A DNA stretch of 64,000 bases from the IMG/VR virus record IMGVR_UViG_3300025889_000079, one strand, 5' to 3'. Position numbers and translations under genes: made by a program. This DNA is from an uncultured virus (IMG/VR IMGVR_UViG_3300025889_000079) (lineage: Duplodnaviria; Heunggongvirae; Uroviricota; Caudoviricetes). Below, one piece after another: positions 36,928 through 47,943 of this stretch (positions are counted from its first letter, which is position 1; each line of letters starts with the position of its first letter). The notes below the pieces were generated by a model. It was not told where the DNA came from, made no database searches, and worked only from the letters and a program-made list of their open reading frames with translations.

Positions 36928-37872
36928 ATGTCAGATTTTTTATGGGTGGAAAAATACCGTCCAAAGAAAATATCCGATTGTATTTTAACGGAAGAATTAA
37001 AAAATACTTTTACAGAATTTCTTAACAAAAAAGAAATTCCTAATCTACTCCTATCAGGCACAGCAGGTACGGGTAAAACAACAGTTGCTCGTGCCTTATG
37101 TGAGGAACTTGGTTGTGATTATATCGTTATCAATGGTTCAGACGAAGGCCGTCATATTGATACATTAAGAAATCAAATCAAAAACTTTGCGTCATCTGTT
37201 TCTTTAGATGAAACAAATAATCACAAAGTGGTTATCATAGATGAGGCAGACTATATGAATGCTGATAGTGTTCAACCTGCATTAAGAAACTTTATAGAAA
37301 CTTTTTACAAGAATTGTAGATTTATCTTTACTTGTAATTTCAAAAACAAAATCATTCCTGCATTACATAGTCGTTGTACTGTTATTGACTTTAGAATTAC
37401 TAATGGTCAAAGAATAAAGACAGCAACTGCATTTATGGATAGATTGATTGAAATTTTAAAACAAGAACAAATAGAATTTGATAAAAAAGTTCTTGCTGAA
37501 TTAATACAAAGATTTTATCCAGACTTTAGAAGAACCATCAATGAATTGCAAAGATATTCTGTAAGAGGTAAGATTGATAGTGGAATACTTATATCACTTT
37601 CTGAAATTAATAATAAAGAATTAATTAGTTTACTTAAAGAAAAAAGATTTGGTGATATGAGAAAATGGGTGGTACAAAACCTAGATAAAGATTCATCTAC
37701 TTTGTTTAGAAGTGTTTACGATATTCTTTATACAAGTTTAGATCCTAAATCTATACCACAGGCCGTTTTAGTAATTGCAGATTATCAGTATAAGGCCGCG
37801 TTTGTAGCAGATCCTGAAATCAATCTTGTTGCTTGTCTTACTGAAATAATGGCACAATGTAAATTTAAATAA
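36928..37872 (+). CDS. Clamp loader ATPase subunit (gp44)
   Basis: LWVEKYRP, GTAGTGKTT, IIDEAD, SRC. Confidence 0.96.
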   Translation: MSDFLWVEKYRPKKISDCILTEELKNTFTEFLNKKEIPNLLLSGTAGTGKTTVARALCEELGCDYIVINGSDEGRHIDTLRNQIKNFASSVSLDETNNHKVVIIDEADYMNADSVQPALRNFIETFYKNCRFIFTCNFKNKIIPALHSRCTVIDFRITNGQRIKTATAFMDRLIEILKQEQIEFDKKVLAELIQRFYPDFRRTINELQRYSVRGKIDSGILISLSEINNKELISLLKEKRFGDMRKWVVQNLDKDSSTLFRSVYDILYTSLDPKSIPQAVLVIADYQYKAAFVADPEINLVACLTEIMAQCKFK

Positions 37873-38267
37873 TGGCTTACGAATTAAAAGATTTTTTAAA
37901 CGCAATTAATTGGACTAAAGAAAACTTATTAGATAGTGATGATATCACTTGGTATAAGAAGTTCCCACCTTATGTAATTAATCGTTGCTTATCTCAACAT
38001 ATTGACACTATTTTGATGGCAAATGAGATGAATAGACGACATTACGTAGATAAAAAACTTCAATTTCATTTTTTACTAAATAGTATAAGAAAAAGAAAAC
38101 GATTTGGTGGAAAATGGGTATCTACTGATCGTCCTAAAGAATTAGAATTGATAAAAGAATATTATGGATACAGCAACACCAAAGCAAGAGTTGCTTTAGA
38201 CATACTAACAAAAGAAGAAATTAACTTTATCAAAGATAAACTTGATAAGGGTGGGAGAATTAAATGA
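37872..38267 (+). CDS. Clamp loader small subunit (gp62)
   Basis: PPYVINRCLS, ANEMN, KEYYGYS..KA. Confidence 0.92.
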   Translation: MAYELKDFLNAINWTKENLLDSDDITWYKKFPPYVINRCLSQHIDTILMANEMNRRHYVDKKLQFHFLLNSIRKRKRFGGKWVSTDRPKELELIKEYYGYSNTKARVALDILTKEEINFIKDKLDKGGRIK

Positions 38268-38698
38268 GTGAAGAAGTTATAAATTGGTCACCTGAAAGTA
38301 TGTTAGAGGTAACACTTAAACAACCAGATGACTTTTTAAAAATAAGAGAAACACTTTCCAGAATAGGTGTTGCAAGTCGTAAAGACAAAACGTTATTTCA
38401 ATCGTGTCATATATTACACAAACAAGGTAAATATTATATTGTACATTTTAAAGAATTATTTGCTTTAGATGGAAAGAAAGCTACTTTAGTAGCAAATGAT
38501 ATTCAAAGAAGAAATACCGTTGCAATATTATTACAAGATTGGAATTTATTAAATATTGTAAAACCTGAAAATGCTGAAGATAAAGCACCATTATCTCAAA
38601 TTAAGATAATTGCTTTTAAAGAAAAAGGCGAATGGAATTTACAGGCAAAATATAATATTGGTAAAAAAGCGACAGACAAAAAAGAACAAACTGAATAA
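38264..38698 (+). CDS. regA: Translational repressor RegA
   Basis: PDDFLKIRETLSRIG, QSCHILHKQGKYYIVHFKELF. Confidence 0.96.
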   Translation: MSEEVINWSPESMLEVTLKQPDDFLKIRETLSRIGVASRKDKTLFQSCHILHKQGKYYIVHFKELFALDGKKATLVANDIQRRNTVAILLQDWNLLNIVKPENAEDKAPLSQIKIIAFKEKGEWNLQAKYNIGKKATDKKEQTE

Positions 38699-38712
38699 TT
38701 GAGGAGTATATT

Positions 38713-39009
38713 ATGATTAAATTATATCGCCTGTCCACAGGAGAAGATGTGGTAGGTAAAGCCGTTGAAGGTGACGAAATCTATCAAAAAGTAGAAAAAC
38801 CTTTTGTATTAATTCCAATGCAAGGACAACCTGGTCAACCTATGACTATTGGTTTTCATCCTTATATACCTTACAGTAAAGATGAAGTGATTGCAATTAA
38901 AAAAAATAATATAATTGCAGAAAGTAATCCAGATGAAAGTATATTAAACGCATATGAAAATAATACGAGTAAGATTATAACCGCAAAGAAACCAAAACTA
39001 ATTACGTGA
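38713..39009 (+). CDS. Conserved T4-like hypothetical protein
   Basis: IKLYRLSTGEDVVG; RBS GAGGAG. Confidence 0.65.
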   Translation: MIKLYRLSTGEDVVGKAVEGDEIYQKVEKPFVLIPMQGQPGQPMTIGFHPYIPYSKDEVIAIKKNNIIAESNPDESILNAYENNTSKIITAKKPKLIT

Positions 39010-39332
39010 TAACAGTTAATGTCATAGACACAAATGGAAATAAAGAGTCCATTCGTGTTGAAGAAAACACGACATTAATGGAAGCTTTACGATTTAACGG
39101 CAGTAAAGAATATGTTTCTGCTGATTGTGGCGGTTCGTGTGCGTGTGCCACTTGTCATATTTATTTAAATAAAGAATGGTTTGACAAAATAGACAAATTA
39201 GAGTATAATAGTAGTGAGCAGGTTATGGTAGAATATAATCCTCATTTTGAAGATGGCCGCAGTAGATTAAGTTGTCAAATAATATTAAAAAAAGAATATG
39301 ATGGAATTGAAGTGATATTATCCGATGAGTAG
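39006..39332 (+). CDS. fdx: [2Fe-2S] ferredoxin (adrenodoxin/ISC type)
   Basis: CGGSCACATCH...SRLSCQI. Confidence 0.92.
   Translation: MITVNVIDTNGNKESIRVEENTTLMEALRFNGSKEYVSADCGGSCACATCHIYLNKEWFDKIDKLEYNSSEQVMVEYNPHFEDGRSRLSCQIILKKEYDGIEVILSDE
39181..39209 (+). promoter_or_regulatory. Sigma70-type promoter for gp43, inside the ferredoxin gene
   Basis: TTGACA-N17-TATAAT about 115 nt upstream of gp43. Confidence 0.55.
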
Positions 39333-41817
39333 TTTTTATACAAATGTTGTAGAACATAGAGGCAAGTTATTAATAAGAGGTGTTGCAAACGGTCAATCTT
39401 ATTTAAGTCGTATTAATTATGAACCTACACTTTTCATTCCTACAAAAGAACAATCTCCATTTAAAACACTAGACGGTATCAATCTACAACAAAAAAGATT
39501 TGAAAGTATAACTAAAGCAAAACATTTTTTAGATACGTATAAAGCCATACCTGAATTTAAAATTTATGGTATGAATCGTTATAACTATCAATATATTTCA
39601 AGTGAGTATAAAGGTGATATCAATTGGAATAAAAAGTTTATAAAGATATTCACTTTAGATTTAGAATGTGAATGTGAACACGGTTTCCCAGACGCCGATA
39701 CTGCAAAAGAACCTATTATCTGTATTACAGTTAAAAATCATAGTAACAAACAAATCATTACTTGGGGCACAGGTGATTTCATTTCTAAAAAATCAAATGT
39801 AACTTATATTAAATGTGAAGATGAAAAAAATTTATTATTAGAGTTTTTAAAATTCTGGTGTAAAAATCATCCTGATATTGTTACAGGATGGAATGTAAGA
39901 TTTTTTGACATACCTTATTTGATGAATAGAATGAGAAATATATTTGACAATGATACTATTAATAAAATGTCGCCTTGGAATTATGTTAATGCAGATCGTA
40001 TTCAAATGGGACAAAAGAATCAGCAATATTGGAATATACTAGGCATTTCTGTTTTAGATTATTTTGAATTGTATAGAAAGTTTACTTATGTTAGACAAGA
40101 AAGTTATAAATTAAATTATATTGCCAAAATAGAATTAGGCGAAGAAAAGATAGAAAATCCATATGAAACATTTAAAGACTTCTATACTAAAGATTATCAA
40201 AAGTTTGTAGAGTATAATATCCAAGATGTTGAGTTAGTGGACAGACTTGAAGATAAAATGCGATTGATTGAATTGTGTTTAACAATGGCCTATGACTTCA
40301 AAGTAAATTATAATGAGGTGTATTCACAAGTTCGTTGTTGGGATACTTTAATCTTTAATCATCTTAAAAAGAAAAAAATTGTTATACCGCCAAGAGAAGA
40401 AAATGAAAAAGATTCACAATATGAAGGTGCATATGTAAAAGATCCGCAACTAGGATTACACAAATGGATTGTTTCATTTGATTTAAACAGTTTGTATCCG
40501 CATTTGATTATGCAGTATAATATTTCACCTGAAACGATTGTTGGTGTTGAACCAAAGGCTGCAGGTGTAGAAAACTTTTTAAATCAAAAATTAAATCTGA
40601 AATGGGCAAAAGATAAGAATGTATCCGTTGCACCTAATGGTGCTATGTTTAAAAGAGATAAACAAGGTTTTCTTCCTGAGTTAATGGAGAAGATGTACAA
40701 TGACCGAGTGATTTATAAAGAAAAAACAATTCAAGCAAAGAAAGAATATCAAAAAACAAAAGATCCAATTTATTATAATGAGATTGCTAGATGTAATAAT
40801 ATTCAGATGGCAAAAAAGATTTCATTGAATAGTGCTTACGGTGCAATTGGTAATCAGTATTTTAGATACTTTGATGTAAGACAGGCTGAGGCAATCACAC
40901 TTGGTGGACAACTTGCCATTCGTTGGATTGAACAAGATGTTAATGCTTATATGAATAAGATTTTACAAACTGAAAACGTAAATTATATTGTTGCGTCTGA
41001 TACTGATTCTATCTATTTGAAATTAGAAAAACTTGTAGATAAAGTATGTCAAGGTAAAACAACACAACAAATTGTTGACTTTATAGACAAGGCCGCAAAA
41101 GAAAAAATACAAGAAGTTATAGATCAAAGTTTTCAAAGACTTGCAGATTACGTAAATGCTTATCAACAAAAAATGTTTATGAAACGAGAAGCAATTGCAA
41201 ACAAAGGAATATGGATTGCAAAGAAAAGATATATTCTCAATATGTTTGATGAAGAAGGTATACGATATGAGCAACCTAAACTTAAAGTTATGGGTGTTGA
41301 AGCAGTTAAATCATCTACACCAGAAGTTTGTAGAGGTAAAATTAAAGACGCAATACGAGTAATAATGAATCAAAACGAAGATGACTTAGTTAAATTTGTA
41401 AATGAATTTAAAGCAGAATTTAGCAAATTAAGACCAGAAGATGTTGCATTTCCTAGGTCTTGTAACAATCTTCAAAAATATACAGACACATCAAACATTT
41501 ATATAAAAGGAACACCAATACACGTAAAAGGTGCTCTTATTTACAACTATCATATTATTAGAAATAAATTACAACAAAAATATCCTATTATCAAAGACGG
41601 TGATAAAATTAAATTTTTAATGTTGAAACTTCCTAATTCAGTTAAAGATACAGTATTTTCTTTTTCTACTTTTCTTCCATCTGAATTACGATTAAAACAG
41701 TACGTTGATTATGACGCTCAGTTTGAAAAAACATTTACTGATCCATTAAAGTTTATATTAGACGCAATTGGATGGAAACTTGAACGAGAAGCTACACTAG
41801 AACAATTTTTTGCATAA
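39325..41817 (+). CDS. DNA polymerase, family B (gp43)
   Basis: Exonuclease DLECE, GWNVRFFD, YNIQD; polymerase SFDLNSLYP, KISLNSAYG, ASDTDS. Confidence 0.98.
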   Translation: MSSFYTNVVEHRGKLLIRGVANGQSYLSRINYEPTLFIPTKEQSPFKTLDGINLQQKRFESITKAKHFLDTYKAIPEFKIYGMNRYNYQYISSEYKGDINWNKKFIKIFTLDLECECEHGFPDADTAKEPIICITVKNHSNKQIITWGTGDFISKKSNVTYIKCEDEKNLLLEFLKFWCKNHPDIVTGWNVRFFDIPYLMNRMRNIFDNDTINKMSPWNYVNADRIQMGQKNQQYWNILGISVLDYFELYRKFTYVRQESYKLNYIAKIELGEEKIENPYETFKDFYTKDYQKFVEYNIQDVELVDRLEDKMRLIELCLTMAYDFKVNYNEVYSQVRCWDTLIFNHLKKKKIVIPPREENEKDSQYEGAYVKDPQLGLHKWIVSFDLNSLYPHLIMQYNISPETIVGVEPKAAGVENFLNQKLNLKWAKDKNVSVAPNGAMFKRDKQGFLPELMEKMYNDRVIYKEKTIQAKKEYQKTKDPIYYNEIARCNNIQMAKKISLNSAYGAIGNQYFRYFDVRQAEAITLGGQLAIRWIEQDVNAYMNKILQTENVNYIVASDTDSIYLKLEKLVDKVCQGKTTQQIVDFIDKAAKEKIQEVIDQSFQRLADYVNAYQQKMFMKREAIANKGIWIAKKRYILNMFDEEGIRYEQPKLKVMGVEAVKSSTPEVCRGKIKDAIRVIMNQNEDDLVKFVNEFKAEFSKLRPEDVAFPRSCNNLQKYTDTSNIYIKGTPIHVKGALIYNYHIIRNKLQQKYPIIKDGDKIKFLMLKLPNSVKDTVFSFSTFLPSELRLKQYVDYDAQFEKTFTDPLKFILDAIGWKLEREATLEQFFA

Positions 41818-41833
41818 CAGATATGAGGATATT

Positions 41834-41986
41834 ATGATACTGCTAATGAATATATTGTTTCTATATAGTATTATATTCTGTGGATATCATTTCGGCAGAT
41901 TTATTGGTCATTTTAATATTAAATTATGGCAATTCTGTTTGTTTCTGTTAGCAATCAAATATTTGTTTTACAGTTATGGACATTAA
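41834..41986 (+). CDS. Small hydrophobic protein (50 aa, not in ORF track)
   Basis: RBS GAGGA; MILLMNILFLYSIIFCGYHFGRF... Confidence 0.45.
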   Translation: MILLMNILFLYSIIFCGYHFGRFIGHFNIKLWQFCLFLLAIKYLFYSYGH

Positions 41987-42521
41987 TACAAATAAAAAAT
42001 ATAAGGTAATTTATGCAGATCCTCCGTGGTATTTTAAATCATATTCAAAAAAAGGAGAAGGTCGCAACGCTACTAAGCATTATGAGTGCGCTGGTATTGA
42101 TTGGATCGTTTCTCTTCCTATTAAATCTATTGCTGAAGAACATTCCACACTTATAATGTGGGTAACTGATCCTTTTTTACAAGAGGCATTTAAAGTAATA
42201 GAGGCGTGGGGTTTCAAATATAAAACAGTAGCATTTACTTGGGTAAAACAAAATAAAAACAATCCTAATTATTTTACAGGATTAGGTTATTGGACACGTG
42301 CCAATCCAGAGATGGCTTTACTTGCAACAAAAGGTAAACCTAAACGAATCAATAAAGATGTAAGTCAATTGGTTGTATCACCTCGTAGGGAACATAGTCG
42401 TAAACCTGATGAGATGTACGAAAGAATAGAACGTCTTTTAGAAGGCCCATATATAGAATTGTTTGCTAGAACGCAAAGACAAGGTTGGGATAATTGGGGG
42501 AATCAAACAAATAAGTTTTAA
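41976..42521 (+). CDS. MT-A70 family N6-adenine methyltransferase
   Basis: IYADPPW, WGFKYKT.AFTWVK, GLGYWTR.NPE, HSRKP, IELFAR. Confidence 0.92.
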   Translation: MDINTNKKYKVIYADPPWYFKSYSKKGEGRNATKHYECAGIDWIVSLPIKSIAEEHSTLIMWVTDPFLQEAFKVIEAWGFKYKTVAFTWVKQNKNNPNYFTGLGYWTRANPEMALLATKGKPKRINKDVSQLVVSPRREHSRKPDEMYERIERLLEGPYIELFARTQRQGWDNWGNQTNKF

Positions 42522-42529
42522 TTATGGAG

Positions 42530-42558
42530 TTGACTTTATCAATATTATATGTTATAAT
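42530..42558 (+). promoter_or_regulatory. Sigma70-type promoter
   Basis: TTGACT-N17-TATAAT, overlapping a possible 27-aa hydrophobic ORF (42524-42607). Confidence 0.55.
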
Positions 42559-42599
42559 AATCTATATTTTTGTTATATGGATGTTAGTGAAATGGAACA

Positions 42600-43922
42600 A
42601 TGAGTGATTATCTTTACAAATACGCAAATACAAATAAATTACCTATAATGAATCAAACTGTATTTGAACATTATACAAATACAATAGGTAAAGAACAATT
42701 TAGATTAGACTTGGCAGATTATATTGCCAAAGAACGACCTGTATTTCCTTTAAAGAAAATTAGTTTAGATGAAGTAAGAGATTGTTTTTTTGAATTAAAA
42801 AAATTTGATACAAGTAAGTATCTTAAAGTAGATGTAGATGTAATGGAGAAATATGATGATTACAAATACAATTACAAAGAATACGGCCTAGGTGTCATAG
42901 ACGCACCTTCTACTTTTAATAGTATATCAAATTACTTTCAACAAGCATTAAGATTAAATTGTTCAAGTTATAGTTTCAAGGCACCCATAGACGTATGGGA
43001 AAATGGTACAGCAAAAGATATATGGAGATGTTTAGGTCCTATCTGGCGAGGTATCAATGATATGAAAAAAGTAATTGTTGATGGCAAAGAGCAATTAATA
43101 GGTGGTGAATTATCTGAAGCAAGTTATATGAGTGCATTTAGATTAGGCACTTATATTGCAACCCAATTTAAACCTAATGTTGCAAGAGCCGTTTATGATA
43201 TGACAAATGCTCATAAAGTATTAGATACAAGTTGTGGTTGGGGTGATAGACTTGCAGGTTTCTATACAAGTAATGCAAAAGAATATATTGGTTGTGATCC
43301 TAATCCTAATGTGTATGCAAACTATATGAAACAGGTTTATGAGTATGAAACATTTTTAGGTAATAAGAATGTGCATATCTATGAGGACCAAGATCATTTT
43401 ACAATTAATGCAAATAAAAAAGTTACCATATATAGATGTGGTGCAGAAAATTTACCTTGGGAAGATATAAAAGATATTGATTGTGCATTTACAAGTCCAC
43501 CATATTTTTCTACTGAAGAATATAACAAAGGTGGCAAACACGAAGAAGATCAATCTTGGTTTAAATTTAATGAATATGAAAGTTGGAGAGATAATTTCTT
43601 TTTACCTGTATCTCAAAAAAGTTTTGAAAGTTTATCTCCTACAGGACATTTGTTTGTTAACATTATGGATCCAACAGTTAAAGGTAAACGATATAAAAGT
43701 TGTGATGAATTAGTGGACAGTTTACAGACTTATTTTCAAGGACAAATTGGTATGAGAATTATGCAAAGACCAAAGTCTGATAAGTTATTTGAGAATGATG
43801 AGGCCAAACAAGAATTTATGAATCGTATTTTTATAGAAAACATTTGGTGTTTCTGTAAAAAAGTTAATACACAAAGACTAGATTATTTTAGACACGCTAG
43901 AAAGGCAACACTACCAATTTAA
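42600..43922 (+). CDS. Amino-group DNA methyltransferase (related to 26488..27567)
   Basis: TQFKPNVA, LDTSCGWGDRL, YIGCDPN, FTSPPY. Confidence 0.85.
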   Translation: MSDYLYKYANTNKLPIMNQTVFEHYTNTIGKEQFRLDLADYIAKERPVFPLKKISLDEVRDCFFELKKFDTSKYLKVDVDVMEKYDDYKYNYKEYGLGVIDAPSTFNSISNYFQQALRLNCSSYSFKAPIDVWENGTAKDIWRCLGPIWRGINDMKKVIVDGKEQLIGGELSEASYMSAFRLGTYIATQFKPNVARAVYDMTNAHKVLDTSCGWGDRLAGFYTSNAKEYIGCDPNPNVYANYMKQVYEYETFLGNKNVHIYEDQDHFTINANKKVTIYRCGAENLPWEDIKDIDCAFTSPPYFSTEEYNKGGKHEEDQSWFKFNEYESWRDNFFLPVSQKSFESLSPTGHLFVNIMDPTVKGKRYKSCDELVDSLQTYFQGQIGMRIMQRPKSDKLFENDEAKQEFMNRIFIENIWCFCKKVNTQRLDYFRHARKATLPI

Positions 43923-43932
43923 ATAAATAATT

Positions 43933-44277
43933 ATGTCAATGGCTATTTCAGAACATTCATATAACGATTTAAAAGAGTATTGGGACTTTCAACGCAAGTT
44001 GGAGTACAATAGAGAAATATTAAAAAGAAATATACAAGAATTTTCACCTATGAAAATAAATCCAGAGATGAGTCATTTCAATGAAGATCAAATATTTGAT
44101 TTTATGTGGGCAAGATTAGACCAAGATGATTATGAAGATCCACCTACTGAATGGACACCAAAGAACGAAGAATATAGATTATGGAACGAGTCTGAACCTT
44201 TAAAACAATTACAATTACCAAAACCTAAAGGCAGACCAGTTGTATTGAGGGCAAAAAAAGTTGATACAAGTATTTGA
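43933..44277 (+). CDS. Hypothetical protein
   Basis: 114-aa ORF in the operon. Confidence 0.6.
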   Translation: MSMAISEHSYNDLKEYWDFQRKLEYNREILKRNIQEFSPMKINPEMSHFNEDQIFDFMWARLDQDDYEDPPTEWTPKNEEYRLWNESEPLKQLQLPKPKGRPVVLRAKKVDTSI

Positions 44278-44803
44278 TAATATAATAGATATATTTGACC
44301 AAGAGATTATAAAGAACTTTTTATTAAAAGATGAGAAGTGGTCTTTTGTAGATGATGTTTCACATAAAGATAATAAACATCAAAGACGACCAGGATTTAA
44401 AGTTATATTTAATCAATTACATCCAAAGATAGATTTACTTTTAAAAAATACAGTTAAAAAAATTAAATTAAAACATCCTACTTTATTAGAGGCCAGATCA
44501 TTTTTACAACTACCTTTAAATAAAGAATATATAGGAACAGGTGTTGATACTCCACATTTAGATAGAACAACACCACATATTGTATTTTTATATTATGTAA
44601 CGGATAGTGATGGAGATACAGTTATCTACGATTATAAAAGTAAAGATGAAAACGATATACCTTATTTTGAGGATATCAAAGAATTAAAAAGAATTACACC
44701 TAAACAAGGCCGTATTGTTGTATTTGATGGTTTACATTGGCATACAGCAGAACAACCTACAAAAGATGTAAGATGTATAATAAATTTTAACATATGCAAA
44801 TAA
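44261..44803 (+). CDS. Putative 2OG-Fe(II) oxygenase
   Basis: TPHLD...LYYVTDSDGDT...PKQGRIVVFDG.HWHTA...RCIINFN. Confidence 0.75.
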   Translation: MIQVFDNIIDIFDQEIIKNFLLKDEKWSFVDDVSHKDNKHQRRPGFKVIFNQLHPKIDLLLKNTVKKIKLKHPTLLEARSFLQLPLNKEYIGTGVDTPHLDRTTPHIVFLYYVTDSDGDTVIYDYKSKDENDIPYFEDIKELKRITPKQGRIVVFDGLHWHTAEQPTKDVRCIINFNICK

Positions 44804-44931
44804 TCATATATAAAGGCAAAGAATATTTTACATACAATTTTCCAGCGTCAATGCTTGACGAAATAAGAAAAATATGTTATAATTTAGGTATTAAATATTA
44901 TTGCATAAACTATAATAGGAGTGAACAATGA
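44794..44931 (+). CDS. Small hypothetical protein (45 aa, not in ORF track)
   Basis: [16 protein letters not shown]...; overlaps neighbours at both ends; contains TTGACG-N17-TATAAT (44855-44883) for uvsX. Confidence 0.4.
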   Translation: MQIIIYKGKEYFTYNFPASMLDEIRKICYNLGIKYYCINYNRSEQ

Positions 44932-45947
44932 GTGATTTTTTAAAAGATATAATAAAAGAAACAGGTAATGAATATGCTGGTATCGTAAGTGAAGGACTAG
45001 AAACAGGTGATGTAGATAGTTTTATAGATACAGGTTCGTATTCGTTAAATGCCCTATTATCAGGTTCTATCTTTGGTGGTTTACCAGCAAATAAAATAAC
45101 AGCAATCGCAGGTGAGGCCGCAACAGGTAAGACGTTCTTTGCTCTAGGTATTGTAAAATACTTTTTAGATAAAAACAAAGACGCAGGCGTAATCTATTTC
45201 GAATCAGAAAGTGCAATTACAAAAGATTTAGTTGAAAATCGTGGTATTGATTCTAAACGAATGGTCGTAGTACCAGTTGCCACAGTACAAGAATTTAGAC
45301 ATCAATCTATTAAAGTGGTTGACAAATACTTAGAACAACCAGAAGATAAAAGAAAACCTTTGATGTTTGTATTAGACAGTTTAGGTATGTTATCTACTAC
45401 AAAAGAAATGGAAGATACTGCCGAAGGTAAAGAAACAAGAGATATGACAAGATCACAAATTGTCAAAGGTGCATTTAGAGTATTAACATTGAAACTAGGT
45501 AAAGCAGGAATACCAATGATTATGACCAATCATACATATGACGTAATTGGTTCTATGTATCCACAAAAAGAAATGGGTGGTGGTTCAGGTTTAAAGTATG
45601 CCGCAAGTAATATCGTGTATCTATCTAAAAGAAAAGAAAAAGATGGTACGGAAGTAATCGGCAATATTATTCATTGTAAAAATTATAAATCTAGGTTGAC
45701 TAAAGAAAATGCTCAAATAGATGTACGACTAACTTATAAACACGGATTAGACAGATACTATGGTCTAATTGACTTAGCACTTAAACATAATATATTTAAA
45801 AATGTTTCAACAAGAATAGAACTACCAGACGGAACAAAACAGTATGCAAAAACTATCAATTCTGAACCTGATAAATTCTTTACTAAAGATATTCTCAATC
45901 AAATTGACGAAGCTGCCAAAAAAGAATTCCTTTATGGACAAGAATAA
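44928..45947 (+). CDS. uvsX: RecA-like recombinase UvsX
   Basis: [35 protein letters not shown]. Confidence 0.95.
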   Translation: MSDFLKDIIKETGNEYAGIVSEGLETGDVDSFIDTGSYSLNALLSGSIFGGLPANKITAIAGEAATGKTFFALGIVKYFLDKNKDAGVIYFESESAITKDLVENRGIDSKRMVVVPVATVQEFRHQSIKVVDKYLEQPEDKRKPLMFVLDSLGMLSTTKEMEDTAEGKETRDMTRSQIVKGAFRVLTLKLGKAGIPMIMTNHTYDVIGSMYPQKEMGGGSGLKYAASNIVYLSKRKEKDGTEVIGNIIHCKNYKSRLTKENAQIDVRLTYKHGLDRYYGLIDLALKHNIFKNVSTRIELPDGTKQYAKTINSEPDKFFTKDILNQIDEAAKKEFLYGQE

Positions 45948-46233
45948 CTATGTATTTGTCCAAAAAGATACAGATGATTTTTCCTGTATCAAAATTACCG
46001 AAGGTGAATATAAAGATATTATTTACACCTACGGTCAAGTTAAATTTGCAAGTGAAGAAAACGAACAAGGAAGATTACCATTAAAATTTACTTATGACAT
46101 ACAACGCAATCCTAACAATAAAGATACTGAAAGTATTGAGTTTAGAAATATGATTGGTGATATTTTAATAGAAGTAATGGAAAAACAACTTGAACAAGGC
46201 AAATTTAACATCAATGAACAACGACAGATTTGA
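45934..46233 (+). CDS. Hypothetical protein (gp40 position)
   Basis: Likely start MDKNNYVF; sits between uvsX and gp41 as T4 gp40 does. Confidence 0.55.
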   Translation: MDKNNYVFVQKDTDDFSCIKITEGEYKDIIYTYGQVKFASEENEQGRLPLKFTYDIQRNPNNKDTESIEFRNMIGDILIEVMEKQLEQGKFNINEQRQI

Positions 46234-47617
46234 AAATACCATATTAAGTAATCTTATTCATAACGAAGATTATACACGAAAAGTCCTACCTTTTTTAAAA
46301 GAAGAATATTTTAAAATACGAGAAGAAGTTATTATCTTTAATGTGATAAATGACTTTGTGATTAAATATAATAATCTTCCATCTAAAGAAGCCATTGTCA
46401 TTGAGTTGTCAAACAAAAAAGGTTTGACCGAAGATGAATTTAAAATATCTAAAACATTATTAAACAATTTAAACAAAAGTGATGTTGAGTATCAATGGTT
46501 GTTAGATACAACTGAAAAATTTTGCAAAGATCGTGCAGTACATAATGCTGTGTTATCTGGTATTCAAATCCTAGATGGTAAAGATAAGAAACATACAGCA
46601 GAAGCCATACCAGGCATTTTATCTGAAGCTCTTGCAGTTTCATTTGATACAAATATCGGACACGATTATTTAAATCAAACCGATGAACGATTTGATTATT
46701 ACCATAGAACCGAAGAACGATTAAAGTTTGATTTATCTTATTTCAATCGTATAACTAAAGGCGGTCTACCTCCTAAAACTTTAAATGTAGCACTTGCTGG
46801 TACTGGTGTTGGTAAATCTTTGTTTATGTGCCACGTAGCTGCGTCTATGATAAGTCAAGGTAAGAATGTATTGTATATCACTTTAGAAATGGCCGAAGAA
46901 CGAATTGCTGAACGTATAGACGCAAATCTTTTAGATGTAACCATAGATCAACTCTATACAATGCCAAAAGATATTTACGAAAATAAAATTAAACGATTAC
47001 AAAGTAAAGTAAATGGCCAACTTATTATTAAAGAATATCCTACTGCTTCTGCTCACACAGGACACTTTAAAGGTTTATTAGATGAACTTTCTTTAAAGAA
47101 ATCATTTAAACCAGATATAATGTTTATAGACTATTTAAATATTTGTTCAAGTAGTCGTTTTAAAGGTGGCAATATATCATCTTATTTCTATATCAAAGCC
47201 ATCGCTGAAGAACTACGAGGTCTTGCAGTACAATATGATTTACCAATTATATCTGCTACACAAACAACTAGAAGTGGATTTATGTCAAGTGATATTGGTT
47301 TAGAAGATACTTCAGAATCATTTGGTCTTCCAGCAACTGCTGACTTTATGTTTGCCATTATTTCTAATGATGAGTTAGAACAACTTGGTCAATTAAAAAT
47401 TAAACAGTTAAAAAATAGGTATAATGATCCTGCAGTTAATCGTGCCTTTATCGTAGGTGTAGATAGAAGTAAAATGAGATTATTTGATGTAGAACAATCG
47501 GCACAACAAATTGTAGATAGTAACCAAGAAAGTCCTGAATTGGTAGAACAAGAGTCAGGCCCTCAAGCACCTGCACCTGAGGACGCATATAACAAATTTT
47601 CTGATTTTAAAATATAA
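46214..47617 (+). CDS. Replicative helicase (gp41)
   Basis: LAGTGVGKS, ITLEMAEE, IDYLNI, SATQTTR, SESFGLP, QLKNRY. Confidence 0.96.
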   Translation: MNNDRFENTILSNLIHNEDYTRKVLPFLKEEYFKIREEVIIFNVINDFVIKYNNLPSKEAIVIELSNKKGLTEDEFKISKTLLNNLNKSDVEYQWLLDTTEKFCKDRAVHNAVLSGIQILDGKDKKHTAEAIPGILSEALAVSFDTNIGHDYLNQTDERFDYYHRTEERLKFDLSYFNRITKGGLPPKTLNVALAGTGVGKSLFMCHVAASMISQGKNVLYITLEMAEERIAERIDANLLDVTIDQLYTMPKDIYENKIKRLQSKVNGQLIIKEYPTASAHTGHFKGLLDELSLKKSFKPDIMFIDYLNICSSSRFKGGNISSYFYIKAIAEELRGLAVQYDLPIISATQTTRSGFMSSDIGLEDTSESFGLPATADFMFAIISNDELEQLGQLKIKQLKNRYNDPAVNRAFIVGVDRSKMRLFDVEQSAQQIVDSNQESPELVEQESGPQAPAPEDAYNKFSDFKI

Positions 47618-47925
47618 TGAATAGAAAAAAAGAAAAACGATACGGTCAATCTAAACTAGCACGAATGGCAAACAAAAAGGTTGATCCTAGAACTATGCCT
47701 AAAATTTATTATAAAACAGAAATGATAATGAATGATGGACAGTTAGTTTGGAGAGCAGTAGAACGCCCAAGTGGTATAGTCATTTATGAGTCTTTCTTTG
47801 AAGAAGATGTTAAAAAAGTCGTTAAGTTTCAAAATAAACATAAGACATTTGGTATCTTTGGTTTCCCTAATTGGTTTGATTGTAGAACGGAATCAGAAAT
47901 CAGACAGGCAAATAAGTCAAAATAA
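47617..47925 (+). CDS. Hypothetical protein
   Basis: 102-aa basic ORF coupled to gp41. Confidence 0.6.
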   Translation: MNRKKEKRYGQSKLARMANKKVDPRTMPKIYYKTEMIMNDGQLVWRAVERPSGIVIYESFFEEDVKKVVKFQNKHKTFGIFGFPNWFDCRTESEIRQANKSK

Positions 47926-47943
47926 TCATACATAAATATATGT

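Noticed and set aside
5425..47617. Introns or inteins in gp17, gp43, gp41 or uvsX
   Set aside because: ORFs are continuous and of normal length, with no intein terminal motifs seen.
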